From Eledone cirrhosa (Eukaryota), in the NCBI GenBank assembly GCA_964016885.1, contig OZ024740.1, forward strand, positions 174,964,001 through 175,028,000: a stretch of DNA of 64,000 bases, in the 5' to 3' direction. Under the pieces are notes generated by a model. That model had not been told where the DNA came from. It did not search any database and saw nothing but the letters and a program-made list of their open reading frames with translations. How positions within the stretch are numbered: position 1 is the stretch's first letter; each line of letters begins with the position of its first letter. A program made the position numbers and the translations under genes. Positions 23,457 to 35,737 of the stretch are shown here, in pieces.

Positions 23457-23781
23457 ATTATTATTATGAATGCTAAAGTGTTAAACCTTAGACTAGATAT
23501 ACCTTAATACCATTAATATTATAAATGCTAATGTTAAACCTCAGTCAAGGCACACCACTCTATATAATACATCAGTATATATAACACCAATAGTGTTATG
23601 AATGTTAAAATATTAAACCTTAGCCACAACTCCACTTACTCTCTCACTTCCCCCTCTCTCTCTATATATATATATACATCAGCATGTCTAACACCATTAT
23701 TATAAATGCTAAAGTATTAAAACCTTAGGCAAAGACACCGCTCTACTCTGTATAATGCATAAGTATATCTAATACCATTAA

Positions 23782-24000
23782 CTCTTATCATCTTGTAATG
23801 ATCAAGCAAAAAAGTAAAAAAGAACTAAACATGAGTTTGTTAATTTAAAAGGCTTGCGATATCTTTACTAACAGACTGAACATTGTGAAAATTTTCCCTG
23901 ACTAAAGTGTTTAATTTTTAATGTAGTGAGTTGGTAATGTTGTTTTGTGCCTTTTAAGAATGTGTTTCTAATGCAGTTTCATGATACAGGATTGTAAGAG
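23782..24000. mobile_element. TTAA-type MITE inserted in the tandem array
   Basis: ttaa-CTCTTATCATCTTGTAATGAT ... ATGATACAGGATTGTAAGAG-tgaa imperfect TIRs. Confidence 0.55.
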
Positions 24001-25620
24001 TGAATATTATAAATGGTAAAGTATTAAACCTCAGTCAAGGCACACTACTCTATATAATACAATAGTACATATATTGTACTATAAGAGTACACAATGATCC
24101 TAGCCATGCTAGCATGGAAGATGGACATTAAATAATAATGATGATGATGATGATGATGTTGATGATTGTACTAATATTGTTATGAATGCTAAAGCATTAA
24201 ACCTTAGACACAATGCTCTACTCTACATAAATACATCAGTATATCTAACACTTATTAATATTATGAATGTAAAAATGTTCATGAAAATGAGACATGAATC
24301 CTCCCAATAAATAGTAGATAATCATATTAATCATTCTCAAATAAACTGGCATGTAACAGCTGCAACATCTATGTACCACACAAGGTATCAGGAAGTTGTA
24401 ACTGTTTCGACCAGAGACAAAATAATATGTCTGCATAAGATATAGACTCAATAAATAAAGATGATTAATGTAAAAAGAAATTTTGAAAATGGCCATTACC
24501 ACCCCATTCCTAAACAAAGAAACAGAAAGTCTTTAGTTATGTCATATTTAGTTAAAGAATGGTGTTTCAATGTATTTTCAATGTCATCTGTATATCTAGA
24601 AGAAGAATAAAATAATAAACTATATCTAAGAGGAATAAAATGTTTCAAGTCATTAAAAACTATATATTTTATAAACAAACCAGCTGTTTAGAAGATTACT
24701 AAGTTAAAAGTCTGTGTGCCTCTCAGGTAACACTAGATGAGGCATGCACACACACAAGAAGATGGTATGATCAGACCCATATATTATGTCTGATACAATT
24801 CTATAACTTCTACAGATCAGTCAATATATCGATATGATCAATCCTCCGAAATGATCGTAAAATAATGACAAAACTATGTAAAATAACTTGCCTTTGTTAT
24901 CATTGTTAAAAAACTATTATAATATATATATATAATGATTTATTAGTTACTAAAAATTACTCCTTTTGGTTTTTCAGATCACAATAGATGCTAAAAATCA
25001 GCAGTTCTTAGCAGTATAGTGATAATTCCAATCATGTTTTATAGTTTTGATAGATCTCTTCAGCAAAATATAGTTTTTACAAATACTACCAGACAAACAT
25101 GATATATATACATTATTTGTGTGAATAAGTACTGATTCCCCGAGTTGCGACCATACTGCAAAGATCAAATTCACTAACTACATTCTACTTTCAATTAATT
25201 GTATATAAATTACAATTCGGAGGTTATCTTTCTTGTCATCATTAACGAGAATTGATCATTGTGTTAATGATACTTTTGCCTTTCAGCAAACATAATTTTA
25301 ATTAATTAACATTTTTGTCCTTCTACATCATGTTAGCACCAATCGAGTTTTTTGCTTTCATGCAGATTGTGTTCATAGGAATTTTTATGTATTCAGTAAC
25401 TGAGTAGCATTTCTGATTTGTATACTGCAAATGTAAATACTTTAGTAAATTTGCATAGAATACATACACTTCTTTGTTTACACAAACTATACAAGACCAT
25501 TTACACACATGCACATATCTATAGAGTATGTATTGTAATCTCCATGTGTGATGCATCAAATGTGTAAAGTTCATATATATATATACTGCACACTTACATA
25601 TATATATGTGTCTATGTGTT

Positions 25621-25684
<64 letters not shown>

Positions 25685-25999
25685 GTGCATAATTTCTTTT
25701 GCTTTTCCAATATATCTTTGACTGTGCTCTAGTCTAGTTAACCTCGCTAAGGGTGTATGCTTCATTGAGGGGATCCATCAAGACCAAATCCATTACTTTT
25801 TCATTAAGTTGGCAGAATGACATGGTCTAATGCTTCTGCACTGTCTAAAAGTGTTTAAAAAAAACTTCAATCAACATAGGCTTTCTTTTGCTTACTTCTT
25901 GTGATCTGAACACTCTAAAGGGAGCTTTGCTCATGAAATTGTGAGGACAGTCTCATTTTTTTCCTGCTCACCATATTCAAAATACACAACTTTTTTGTG

Positions 26000-26060
<61 letters not shown>

Positions 26061-26364
26061 CACATATACATATATATACAGATGCACACACATATATATA
26101 TAAATATACACATAAACAATATTACACACACACACACACACATATATATGTATATATATATATAAACATGAAATCCCAGTGGCTGGGACTTGTGGAAGAG
26201 GCAGACCCAGGAAGTCATGGGATGAACAGAAATGACTAAGGTTTGCAATATATAATTTGAAGGCTGATCCAGTGAGTTTTACTTGGGAATTTCCCCTATG
26301 TCTTACAGGTTCCTCAGACAGTTGTAGGTAGTCCCTATACACTTAATGGTGAGAGAAATAAATT

Positions 26365-26580
26365 GAAGGCATGTGGCAAAGTGGTTAGGATCTTTGGCTG
26401 AGTCGTAAGATCATGAGTTTGATTTCCAACAGTGAGTTGTGTCCTTCAGCAAGACACTTCATTTCACATTGCTCCAGTTGTCACAACTGGCAAAAATCAG
26501 TTGCACCTATAGCCCGGGTGCATGTGTCTGTGGAATGCTCAGCCACTTTCACATTATTTTCGCGAACAGGCTGCTCCGTG
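26365..26580 (+). mobile_element. CORE-like tRNA SINE with a different 3' body
   Basis: gtggcaaagtggttagg ... gagtttgatttcc ... gtccttcagcaagacacttcatttcacattgctccagt. Confidence 0.6.
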
Positions 26581-27568
26581 TGTGTGTGTGTGTGTGTACA
26601 TTCCTTTGAAATTGATTCTATTTCTGTCCTAAGTTTGCATTTAATTTTCCTTGGTTTTACTTTCAGTTTTATTCTCAAAATAAAATTAAAAATCATTCCA
26701 CTTTTAATCACAATATTTTCTAGCAGCTGTTGTAATTTTTTATTTTTATTTTACAGGACCACATGTAATCCCCTCCCACACAGTGTTTGTATCTTGTTCT
26801 TAACTCATCCTAATTTGTGACTTTGTAGAAAATAAAGAAATTATCATCATCATTAGTTGAATTTTCCTTGCATGTTGTCACAGTTCTGTGCCCATTAGGT
26901 ATGTGTAGTGTTGTTTGTGATCACTAGGTGGTAGATTGGTAGAATCAATTGAATTTTGGACAAATGCTTGCAGTAAATATTCCAACACTTTGCTTTTTGA
27001 GTTCTAGAGTTTATAAAAGATACTACCAATCAAGTATTGGGATTGTTAAATTGACAATAACCCTTCCACAAATGTTTGTGACTTTGTGCTTAAATCTGAG
27101 ATCTATCATCATCCTTATCACCACCACCACCATCATCATCATAATTTAAAATGAAGACGCTGGTGGATAGGTATATTAAGAATACATTATGTTATATCTG
27201 CTACTGTAATATATGTTCTGAAAATACAAGTTCACCAGCTTCTCCATTTCAAATTTCACTTATCTCTTTTAGCGCATCTGAAGGTGTTGGTTGTATTTGC
27301 AACTATAAAAAAACGTTTGATAAAGCAAAAATAGAATCAAACTGTAAATATATATTCCTAACTTCCACATAATGTATTGATGGCTAACTTCTTTCATTTG
27401 TGGTTTATCAAATGAACATAACAATAAGGCTTACAAATAGAAAATTAAGTACTCAATACTTCAGGAAATATAGTTTTATATAGGTTTGCATAATTAATTC
27501 TATAAAACAGTCAAGTACTATATAAGTTAGATATGGCCTGGGCCAATACTGGCAAAACTCTATCAAAG

Positions 27569-27661
<93 letters not shown>

Positions 27662-27846
27662 AGGAAAACACAGTTAAATGATATTAATGAGTAAATGCTA
27701 AGTGTACCATTTTTATTGTATTATCTATCACATCACAACAAAATGCAATTCACACATTGCTCAACTGGCCAATAGTCTAGCTGTGATCAACTCCAATCTT
27801 ATTTTCAAATATATTCTATTCAAAATTATTTTATCCAATATATTAA

Positions 27847-28083
27847 CCCTTTCATTACCATAATAAAAGACACTGCCTACCATACTGAAATCATTTAAAA
27901 AATAATCAAGAATTTTTGGGGATTTAGTCATATAACTAGCCTGGTGTTTGGAGCATAACTCAACAAAGTTTCTTTAAATAAAATTATGACAAATGGTTTT
28001 TAGATAATTATTAAAAATTCCAAAATAAACAACTTAACATAGAAGAACTAAGGGCAGTTTCAAATGGTACAGTATCAAACGAG
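27847..28083. mobile_element. TTAA-flanked MITE (degenerate)
   Basis: ttaa-CCCTTTCATTACCA ... GGTACAGTATCAAACGAG-ttaa. Confidence 0.45.
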
Positions 28084-28300
28084 TTAATCCATCTGTAAGA
28101 TGGTGGGATGAAATCTGAAGATTTAGGTGCAATTTCTAGTAGGTGGTAAAGACACTGTCACACAGAGAAAAATGAATAAAAAAGCAAGCTTCACATTAAG
28201 ACTACACTCCCTATTTTGTCTCTAGAATAAAAGTGAGAATACATTCCATTAATAGTTACTTGCTTAAACTTTTAATCTGTGTTAATAATATATATATATA

Positions 28301-29043
28301 TACTTGCAGTGGTACCCAGCGTTGCACGGGATAAGGTATTTTGGAACGCGGGCCGCCAACAGACCTAATCGTGGAAAAACTGCATGCCTGGACAATATGT
28401 AAAGAAAATAAACCGAATACTCTGATGGCTGGATAATCTTTAAGATTTTCCTTGATGAAGCAGGAAAAATGCAGGTTTTCACCTAATGCGGGCCCTAGGG
28501 GATCAAGAAAATTAATTTTTCTATGTGCATAATATGCCTTGAAATTTCGTAAAAATTGGAAAATCAGCCCTAAGAAGCTGAAAAAATGAAGTTTTTCACC
28601 TAATGCAGGCCCTAGGCCATAAGAAAGTTGAATTTTCTTTGCTTACGGTATGAAGAAGAGACTGACTAATACATAGTTATAATTTCAAGGAAATCAGTAT
28701 GACGTAATGCCTCAAAGAACCCCTAAAAATCTTTAAAAACGCAGTTTTTCACCTAATGCGGGCCCTAGGAGATAAAAAAAAGTTGAATCTTTTTATGTGC
28801 ATAACACTCCCTGAAGCATAAGTAATCTATCTAAAAAGAAAAAGACTAAGAATTATAGAGTGAGATCGCTAAATCGCCTAATGCGGTCCCTAGGGCATTG
28901 GAAATTTCAAATTCTTTTTGCTCAGAACACTCCATGAAACAAGTATTACATGTGTAATTTTGAAAACAGTCGGTTGGGTGGTTCTCGAGTTTTAGGGATT
29001 CAAACTCACACACACACACATCCTCAGTTTTATATATATAGAT
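28301..29043 (+). mobile_element. Non-autonomous Helitron/Helentron-type element with internal tandem repeats
   Basis: 5' end tacttgcagtggtacccagcgttgcacggg (subterminal hairpin). Four copies of cctaatgcgggccctagg 117-153 bp apart. 3' end (CA)n-tcctcagttttatatatatagat. Inserted in TA-rich DNA with no TSD. Confidence 0.65.
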
Positions 29044-29069
29044 ATATACACATAATATATATATATATA

Positions 29070-29452
29070 TTAGTTATTTGTGTAGCTACAGTTACAGATG
29101 GCACACCATGCGAAGCACTCAATACTGTTACAAGATCCATCTCGTGTGAGTTGTATTCCAGGTTTATGGCAGCTGTAGTATGCAGAGTGTAAATAGATTA
29201 AGAGAAGTCAGTGTTGCAGTATATGTAGAAAATCTATTAACATATCACAATTGTTTCAATATCGATCAGCTCAAGGTACAATAAAATTGACAGAGCTAGA
29301 ATCTATTTTGACATCTCATCAGATATGCGAGTTTATATGTGCAAAGTTTAGATGCGTCTTTGCACTCGCATATCGGGCCCCATCATTTTGATTGAACCCT
29401 GAACCGATCGATATCGAAACAATTGTAATATGCTAATAAAGTTTCTACATAT
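29070..29452. mobile_element. Penelope-like remnant with inverted terminal repeats and hammerhead motif (copy 1)
   Basis: ~60-bp inverted arms at 29221-29282 and 29391-29450. Minus-strand CTGATGA...GAAAC-AATT-GT motif. Second copy at 38868-39235; both lie within (TA)n. Confidence 0.6.
29241..29328 (-). ncRNA. Minimal hammerhead ribozyme-like motif with extended stem II
   Basis: Minus strand reads gcatat-CTGATGA-gatgtc...gatatt-GAAAC-AATT-GTG-atatg. Stem I catat/atatg, stem II gatgtc/gatatt, palindromic stem III ACAATTGT. The triplet is GUG, which is non-canonical. Confidence 0.55.
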
Positions 29453-29782
29453 CCATGTCTATATATATATATACACACACACACACATTATATATATATA
29501 TATATTTATTAAAATAACAGATTAAAGTCTAAGCAAATAATCGCTGCTTTCACCCTTAATGGGATCTTCTGAAACTAAAAAAGTCAATCTGTGAACGCAG
29601 AAGTAAATATTTCGAAAAACGTTGCAACCGAAGGAAAAAAGGAAGACGATACTTTGGTTTGTGAAGACATTCCCTGGCAATGAACGGAAAAAAGCGAATA
29701 TGCTCTAAGGTTCTTATATATTTGATATATATTTATCCTTATCGAGCCCTCTTTGGATTTTAGTCTTCATATTTATTATTAT

Positions 29783-29831
<49 letters not shown>

Positions 29832-30102
29832 TACATATCTATGTCTATTATCATCATCATTTAATGTCTATCTTCCATGCTAGCATGGGTTAGACGGGAA
29901 TTGTCCCACTTGAGGCATGATTGATCGGGTGACTGTGTCTCGCTTGTATAGGACTGTATCTGGCAGGTTTTCTACAGCTGGATGCCCTACCTAACACCAA
30001 CTATATATATATATATATAAATTTATAGACATATAATGTCCATTTTCTATGCTAGCATGGGTTATATATATACACACATACATATTTATATATATATATA
30101 TA

Positions 30103-30151
30103 TACACAAGCGCACATATATATATTTATATATACATATATATATAATATA

Positions 30152-30186
<35 letters not shown>

Positions 30187-30232
30187 AGCGCACATATATA
30201 TATTTATATATACATATATATATAATATATAC

Positions 30233-30245
<13 letters not shown>
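30103..30245. repeat. Direct duplication (~78-bp period) of a TA-rich unit
   Basis: tacacaagcgcacatatatatttatatatacatatatatataatatatactatata starts at both 30103 and 30181. Confidence 0.8.
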
Positions 30246-30263
<18 letters not shown>

Positions 30264-30571
30264 TGAGAAAGAAAGAAGTGGGTAAAAATATAACACTAGT
30301 TGCATGAAGAGTAATGACAAAACAATTGTAAAGCATTAAATGAGATGAGATCTTTATTTCATCATTCTCTTTGGTTATATATATATATATATGTATGTAT
30401 ATATATATGTATGAGCAAGACAAGGTCAGCCGATTGGACACTGCTCCCAACAGGACAACCCATCTAACCCATGCTAGCGTGGAAGAATGGATGTAAAATG
30501 GTGATGATAAGTGTAAGAGTGCTAGGACACAAAGTATCTAAATTTAGAAGGAATATATATACACACATGCA

Positions 30572-31418
30572 CCATATATACTCAAGTAATAGTCGATCTC
30601 CGATAAAAGTCGACCCCAAATCTTTAGCCAAAAACCTGGAATTTCCCATAGATCTTATATAAAAGTTGTCATTAATATTTCATGAATATTAGGTTGACAT
30701 TTGTGGGACAAGGTATAATCCTCTATGTAGAAATAACACTTACAAAATCAACACGAATTTAAGACTAATTTATATTATTGTAAATACATGTCCAAAACAA
30801 AAATTTACCCAAACATGTACCTACCTTACTATAACCTACTTCATAGCTGGAATGCTTAGTGCTTATAGTAAAACATCATATAATAGTGAGCACTGCACAT
30901 CTGTTGATGGGTGCCACATCACCATCACTAAAATGTATTACAGTAATTATAAGATATAAATTGATTGCACTAATTTAGTCTGTAAAAGAGCAAGTGTAAA
31001 TATTTGTAAGAGCTACGTGGCCTTGTTTATGGATTTTGTTATTTATGGTGGATTGGCAGTATCAGTAGAGGGTCGGACGCCATGCTTTGACGCATAGAGT
31101 TACAGCCCTTGCCATTCTGAGTTCAAATCCTGCCGAGGTTAACTTTGCCTTTCATCCTTACAGGGTCGATAATTGCTGGCCTTGTGCCTAAAGTAGAAAC
31201 AGTTATTTAATAAGATGTATAGAATCGGTAATATTGCTGTAATTCTTCGTTTTTCTTTTTATTCATTTAGAAATCATGTGAGCTTCTGCTACTGATACAG
31301 TACTTTGGCTTTTAGCTTGAATTTCAATCACCCCAAAAGTAGTATTGATATAATAGTTGACCCCATAAATCTAACCTTAATGGTCTAAATAATTTGACTT
31401 TAAACACCAGTATATATT
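30572..31418. mobile_element. Degenerate Tc1/pogo(Tigger)-type non-autonomous element containing a SINE A insertion (31047-31202, +)
   Basis: Left end ccatatatactcaagtaatagtcga..aagtcgacccc. Right end ttgactttaaacaccagtatata. Similar ends occur at 59022-59835. Confidence 0.5.
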
Positions 31419-31927
31419 ATATATACATATATTGCTGAAATGGCAAGAGCTCAGCCTTCAGGCCCTGACTCTCTACTATATTTATATTTTACTATTCCAA
31501 GTGTCGAGTACTATGCTGAATAATGGTCTTATTAGTTTAAAACTGGTGTAATCCTGGTCTATCTATTCTCTCTCTCTCTCTCTCTCTGTATACATATATA
31601 TATATAGAACTTACTTCTACAGGACTAGATCTGTTTCAATTGTATGAAATCATCAGGAATATCCAACATATATATGTGTGTGTGTGTATCTTGAGCAAAT
31701 GTTTTCAACTGTAGACTCAGATTAATTGATTGAAAGGTTAGGGTATGCCAATAATTTTCCAACTCAACGTGCTTCTACAATCAGCAAATAAAATAAAGAT
31801 TCATCTAAGGTAAATCCATTCTGTAAAATAAAATGAAGATATTGTATGAGTGTTAAGACACAAAGTATCTAAATAATAAATCCCGGAATTCAGAAGTAAT
31901 TTTGTGTATACACACACACACATATGT

Positions 31928-32245
31928 ATCTAAAGTCTAAAGTCTGTCTTAAGCCAGAAGGCTGATTTGGTCAGAGCTTATCCCGGTTTCATGGCGTGAA
32001 GCGACTGAGAGTACAATACCTGCCCCCCCCCCTCCTGGACAGGACACCAGTCCATCGCAGGGTTAAATCCCCAGCTATTGTCAGCTGAGTATACTGGAGC
32101 ACTCATTTTCAGCTGAGTATACTGGAGCACTCATTTTCAGCTGAGTATACTGGAGCAACGTGAAACGAAGTGTTTTGCTCAAGAACACAACATGCAACCC
32201 AGGAATTGAACCCACAACATTATGATCATAACTCCAACACCCTTA
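31928..32245 (-). mobile_element. SINE family C: tRNA head, CORE-like segment (triplicated), V-domain-like segment
   Basis: Minus strand reads gggttcaattcc (B-box), gttcttgagcaaaacacttc..gctccagtatactcagctg three times, aaccctgcgatggactggtgtcctgtccagg, then tail (actttag)n. Confidence 0.75.
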
Positions 32246-32670
32246 TCATATATATATATATATATATACATACATACACACACATTTTCTCAAATTACCA
32301 GTCTGATGAGCAGATCGATAATGGAATCAGGTCCATAACTTCTATGGGTGACCTTGAGCCAATCCTCTGCAAAACAGGTCTAATAGGTCAACAAAAAAAA
32401 CAAAAAAAACTAACATGTAAATGAAACTTTGTTTTCCTTAATATATATACACTCTGCCTGTGCATGGAATGCTTACTTTTGTACCACCACCAGTAATTCT
32501 CTGAATCACATACACTATATACACACATATATATTATATATAATTCATATTTATTTAAAACATGGTTGAAACCTATGTCAATTTATTAAAATGAAATATA
32601 AACAACCGTTTTGGTTTTGTGTATTATCATTATATATATATATTCACACACATACACATTTACTCATATA

Positions 32671-32745
32671 TAGGGTGTCCCCCAAAATATATACATACTT
32701 CAACAACATTCTAATCAAAGTGTGTATACATTTTTTGGGACACTG
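32671..32745. mobile_element. Tc1/mariner-type MITE, second copy
   Basis: Reverse-complement homolog of 12576-12652 (internal ttcaacaacattctaatcaaag). Confidence 0.72.
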
Positions 32746-33999
32746 TATAAATACACACATATATTTATACATATATGTGTGTATGTAGATTGGTAAGAGA
32801 GTTAAGTATAAATGTCCAAGATGTATTCATGTTATTTATGCTATATTGCACATTTAAAATATAACAAATCATGTGGAAGCGAAATCACATTCCCATAATC
32901 CCCAAAGAGTGTAATTGATTTTAAACTCACTTGATTAGTTTGGTCACCAAAACCAACAATACTGACTATTGAAGTGACTTAGAAATAGAGCTTGATGTTG
33001 TTTCCACAAAGGATTCTAAGCAGCAAGTGTGCCCAAAGAGGACATTAGATTGTAGAGAGTGACAGTGCATTTGATATATATATATTACAATGGACAGTTA
33101 TAAGTAATAATCACTAGATTGAATTGATCCATTTTTCTGGATCAATTAATTAAACTACAGTGAAGAAGTTACTAAATGCATCACCTATGATTTTTGTTAC
33201 ATTACTAATCTAGGAATTTGAAAAGCTAGCATAACTGAACCAAGTACCCATCATTTTTGTATCTCTTCTCTTCTTGATAGCAGCAGTTGAACAGGTTGTC
33301 ATGGTCCAAGTTAGTTCTTATTAAATGTTACTGCTCTCCTAGATGGCTTGAAGGACCATGTCTCATTAGTATGTTTCCCTTTTGGCATGGATTTCTGAGG
33401 TTTGATGCCCTTCCAAACAACAGTGTATTGGGTGTTTTTATCATGCAACAGCATTAAAGAGGTTGTCATGTCTTCAGCAAGAATAAATGTCTTATTGGCC
33501 CTACACTACCATATTAAATTATTTTACCTAAATCAGAGAAAAATATAGAAAACCTAAGAATCCACTGAAACCAGTGATGATTTGTGTTGTCAAAAGTTCA
33601 TTAATAAAATTTACAAAACTGAATCGGTGAAGTGAAAATTATGCCCATTACTGTTATGAGATGTAAAAGGAAAATCCATCTTTGGAGAAAACAACAATGA
33701 GATTGTAGTCAAATTTTGTGGTTAAATTACTCATTAGATGTTTAGAAATCTACTTTCAATAAATAAATCAAGTACATAAATTTAGTTAAATCAATTAAAC
33801 TAAATGAAAAGACTTTATTTGAATTCTGAACAGATTATGTAATTATTTATTGATAACTATATGTAATTTTCAACATGAGGTGACCATGTCTAACTTAACT
33901 GGTAGTTTGAGCTTTCATTGTCATTATCTCCCTTAGAATTATGATTCTTTTTTTTTTTTTGCTACAAAATGAAGAGCTCCAACACTCATAAAATGTGTA

Positions 34000-34640
34000 G
34001 GCTTTCCTGGACAGAAAGATGTAATAGATAGAAAGCTATAATTCTCCTGTAGGTTGAGAGAGTCCTGTGGCAAACGAGTTTCAGAAGGTTATCTGTTCTG
34101 CAAGGGAGTAGGATTGTGCAAGGTGTTTACTGTGGGGTTTAGTGAGTTGAGGCACTGTAGGAATTATGGAGAAGCAGGTGCATTGTGCGTGCTTGGTAGA
34201 GGTGGTGCATAGTTTGCAAGGTTGGAGGTGCAAGAATTATTATAGTAATAATAGAAAAATAAAAACAGACAGCTATATATAGTGAGAAAGAGAAAGATAG
34301 AGGTGCTGGTGGCTGGAGTGTATTGGAGAATTAAAGTTGACTAAATCAATCAGATGACCTTTTCGAGAATGGAATCTAAAATCTTTTTGTGTCAACTCTT
34401 CTGCTGCAAATACATAAACAGTGCTCCAATATGCATTGCATTATACCATCTATATCTACCATGTCAACATGTCAGAGCTCAGTTATTTTCTGGCCTTCAA
34501 TAGTAAACTTAAAGATTGAGATGTAGTTTTGACCATGTTATAAATGTATGATTGCCACAAAAGGCTGTAAGGGATTGTGAAGCAAGTGAAATCTGCAATT
34601 TTAATTGATGCTTTGAGAAGTTAAAAGACCCTGCAGAAAT
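34000..34640 (-). mobile_element. Very decayed CR1/Jockey-group LINE 3' fragment
   Basis: Minus translation fragments ILEHCLCI...KILDSILEKVI*LI resemble the LEYC..W...LLDRIQKRAIRLI post-RT motif. Weak. Confidence 0.35.
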
Positions 34641-35526
34641 CAATCACTAAACCAAGTAGAGTTCAAAACCTTTTGGTTAATGTTAATTCCAAGTTGTGTA
34701 CATGAAAATAGATGTGTATATATTACAACCAGCACACAAATGAAATAAATTGCGCACACACACACATCCACTCACACTCAAACACATATATATATACACA
34801 AAATAAATTTGTTCAAATTTAAGTGCACACAGTATATAAGCTCATGGCTAAATTTAGTGCTATGTTAACTGTATTTCATTTTTCAAGGTCAAAATTACTA
34901 AATAAATTTATGAGCTCATGATAATTTAAGTTCACAGTGATTGCCAAATAATTTAAAATTTGTTTTCAGTCATTGGATTTTTATTTTATTAATCACTGGG
35001 AAAGTTAACATAAAATCTTTATGTGCACAGACCATTAAAATTTCATAGAAAATTGATTTGGTGAATCTCTGGGCTAAATTCTTGATATACATTTAGATTA
35101 AAAAGATATATGTGGCTGTGCATATTAAATGTATATGTTTGCATCTGATCTTGTGAGTTCATGTGTATATATGTAAGTGTTTTTAATTCTGTAAATTAAA
35201 AAAAAAAATGATTTTTATCATTCATAGTAGAATTAAGGTTTTCAACGAAATTTTCGAAATATTGATACACTGGGCAACTTGATATGGCATGATACAACTC
35301 ATCTAATGACATGACACAATAAACAGCACCAGCAAGAAGAAAATAAAAAAATCAACTGAAATAAAAACGAAGAAAACATCAATAAATTCTTGACATTTAT
35401 AAAGAATTGTGGGAGAATGGGATTGAATGATAACAGGTATTAATGAGGATGAGGGATTGGGAATGAGGTAGAGCAGAATTGGATGGAAGATGGACCAACA
35501 TATTAGAAACTGGCAATGGACAGGTA

Positions 35527-35737
35527 ATTTCTAATTTAGGCAAAGGGCCAGCAATTTAAAGGGGAGGGAAAAGAGAATTAAATCAACCCCAGTACTGGAC
35601 TGGTACTTTATTTTATAGAACCCAGGAAGATGAAAGGCAATGTTAACTTTGGCAGGATTTGAAAATCATAATGTAAGACACAAGAAATACCACAAAGAGT
35701 CTTGTCTGATGATCTAATGATTCTGCCAATCTGCCAC
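35527..35737 (-). mobile_element. SINE family A, long form, diverged
   Basis: Core motifs ggtactttattttat, gatgaaaggcaa, ggatttgaa and tctgccaatc. Confidence 0.75.

Larger units (their letters stand above)
21250..24280. repeat. Degenerate ~80-90-bp tandem array, interrupted by SINEs, a MITE and microsatellites
   Basis: Recurrent unit approximately aacaccattattattatgaatgctaaagtattaaaccttagacaagacacaccactctatataatacatcagtatatct across 21250-22030 and 23235-24280. Confidence 0.75.

Noticed and set aside
24961-25030. Plus-strand acceptor-like site ttttggtttttcAG
   Set aside because: All frames stop within 14 codons and no convincing donor follows.
28476-28900. CRISPR-like appearance of repeated cctaatgcgggccctagg with spacers
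   Set aside because: Eukaryotic context, no cas genes, and spacers over 100 bp, unequal and homologous to each other. It is an internal tandem repeat of a mobile element.
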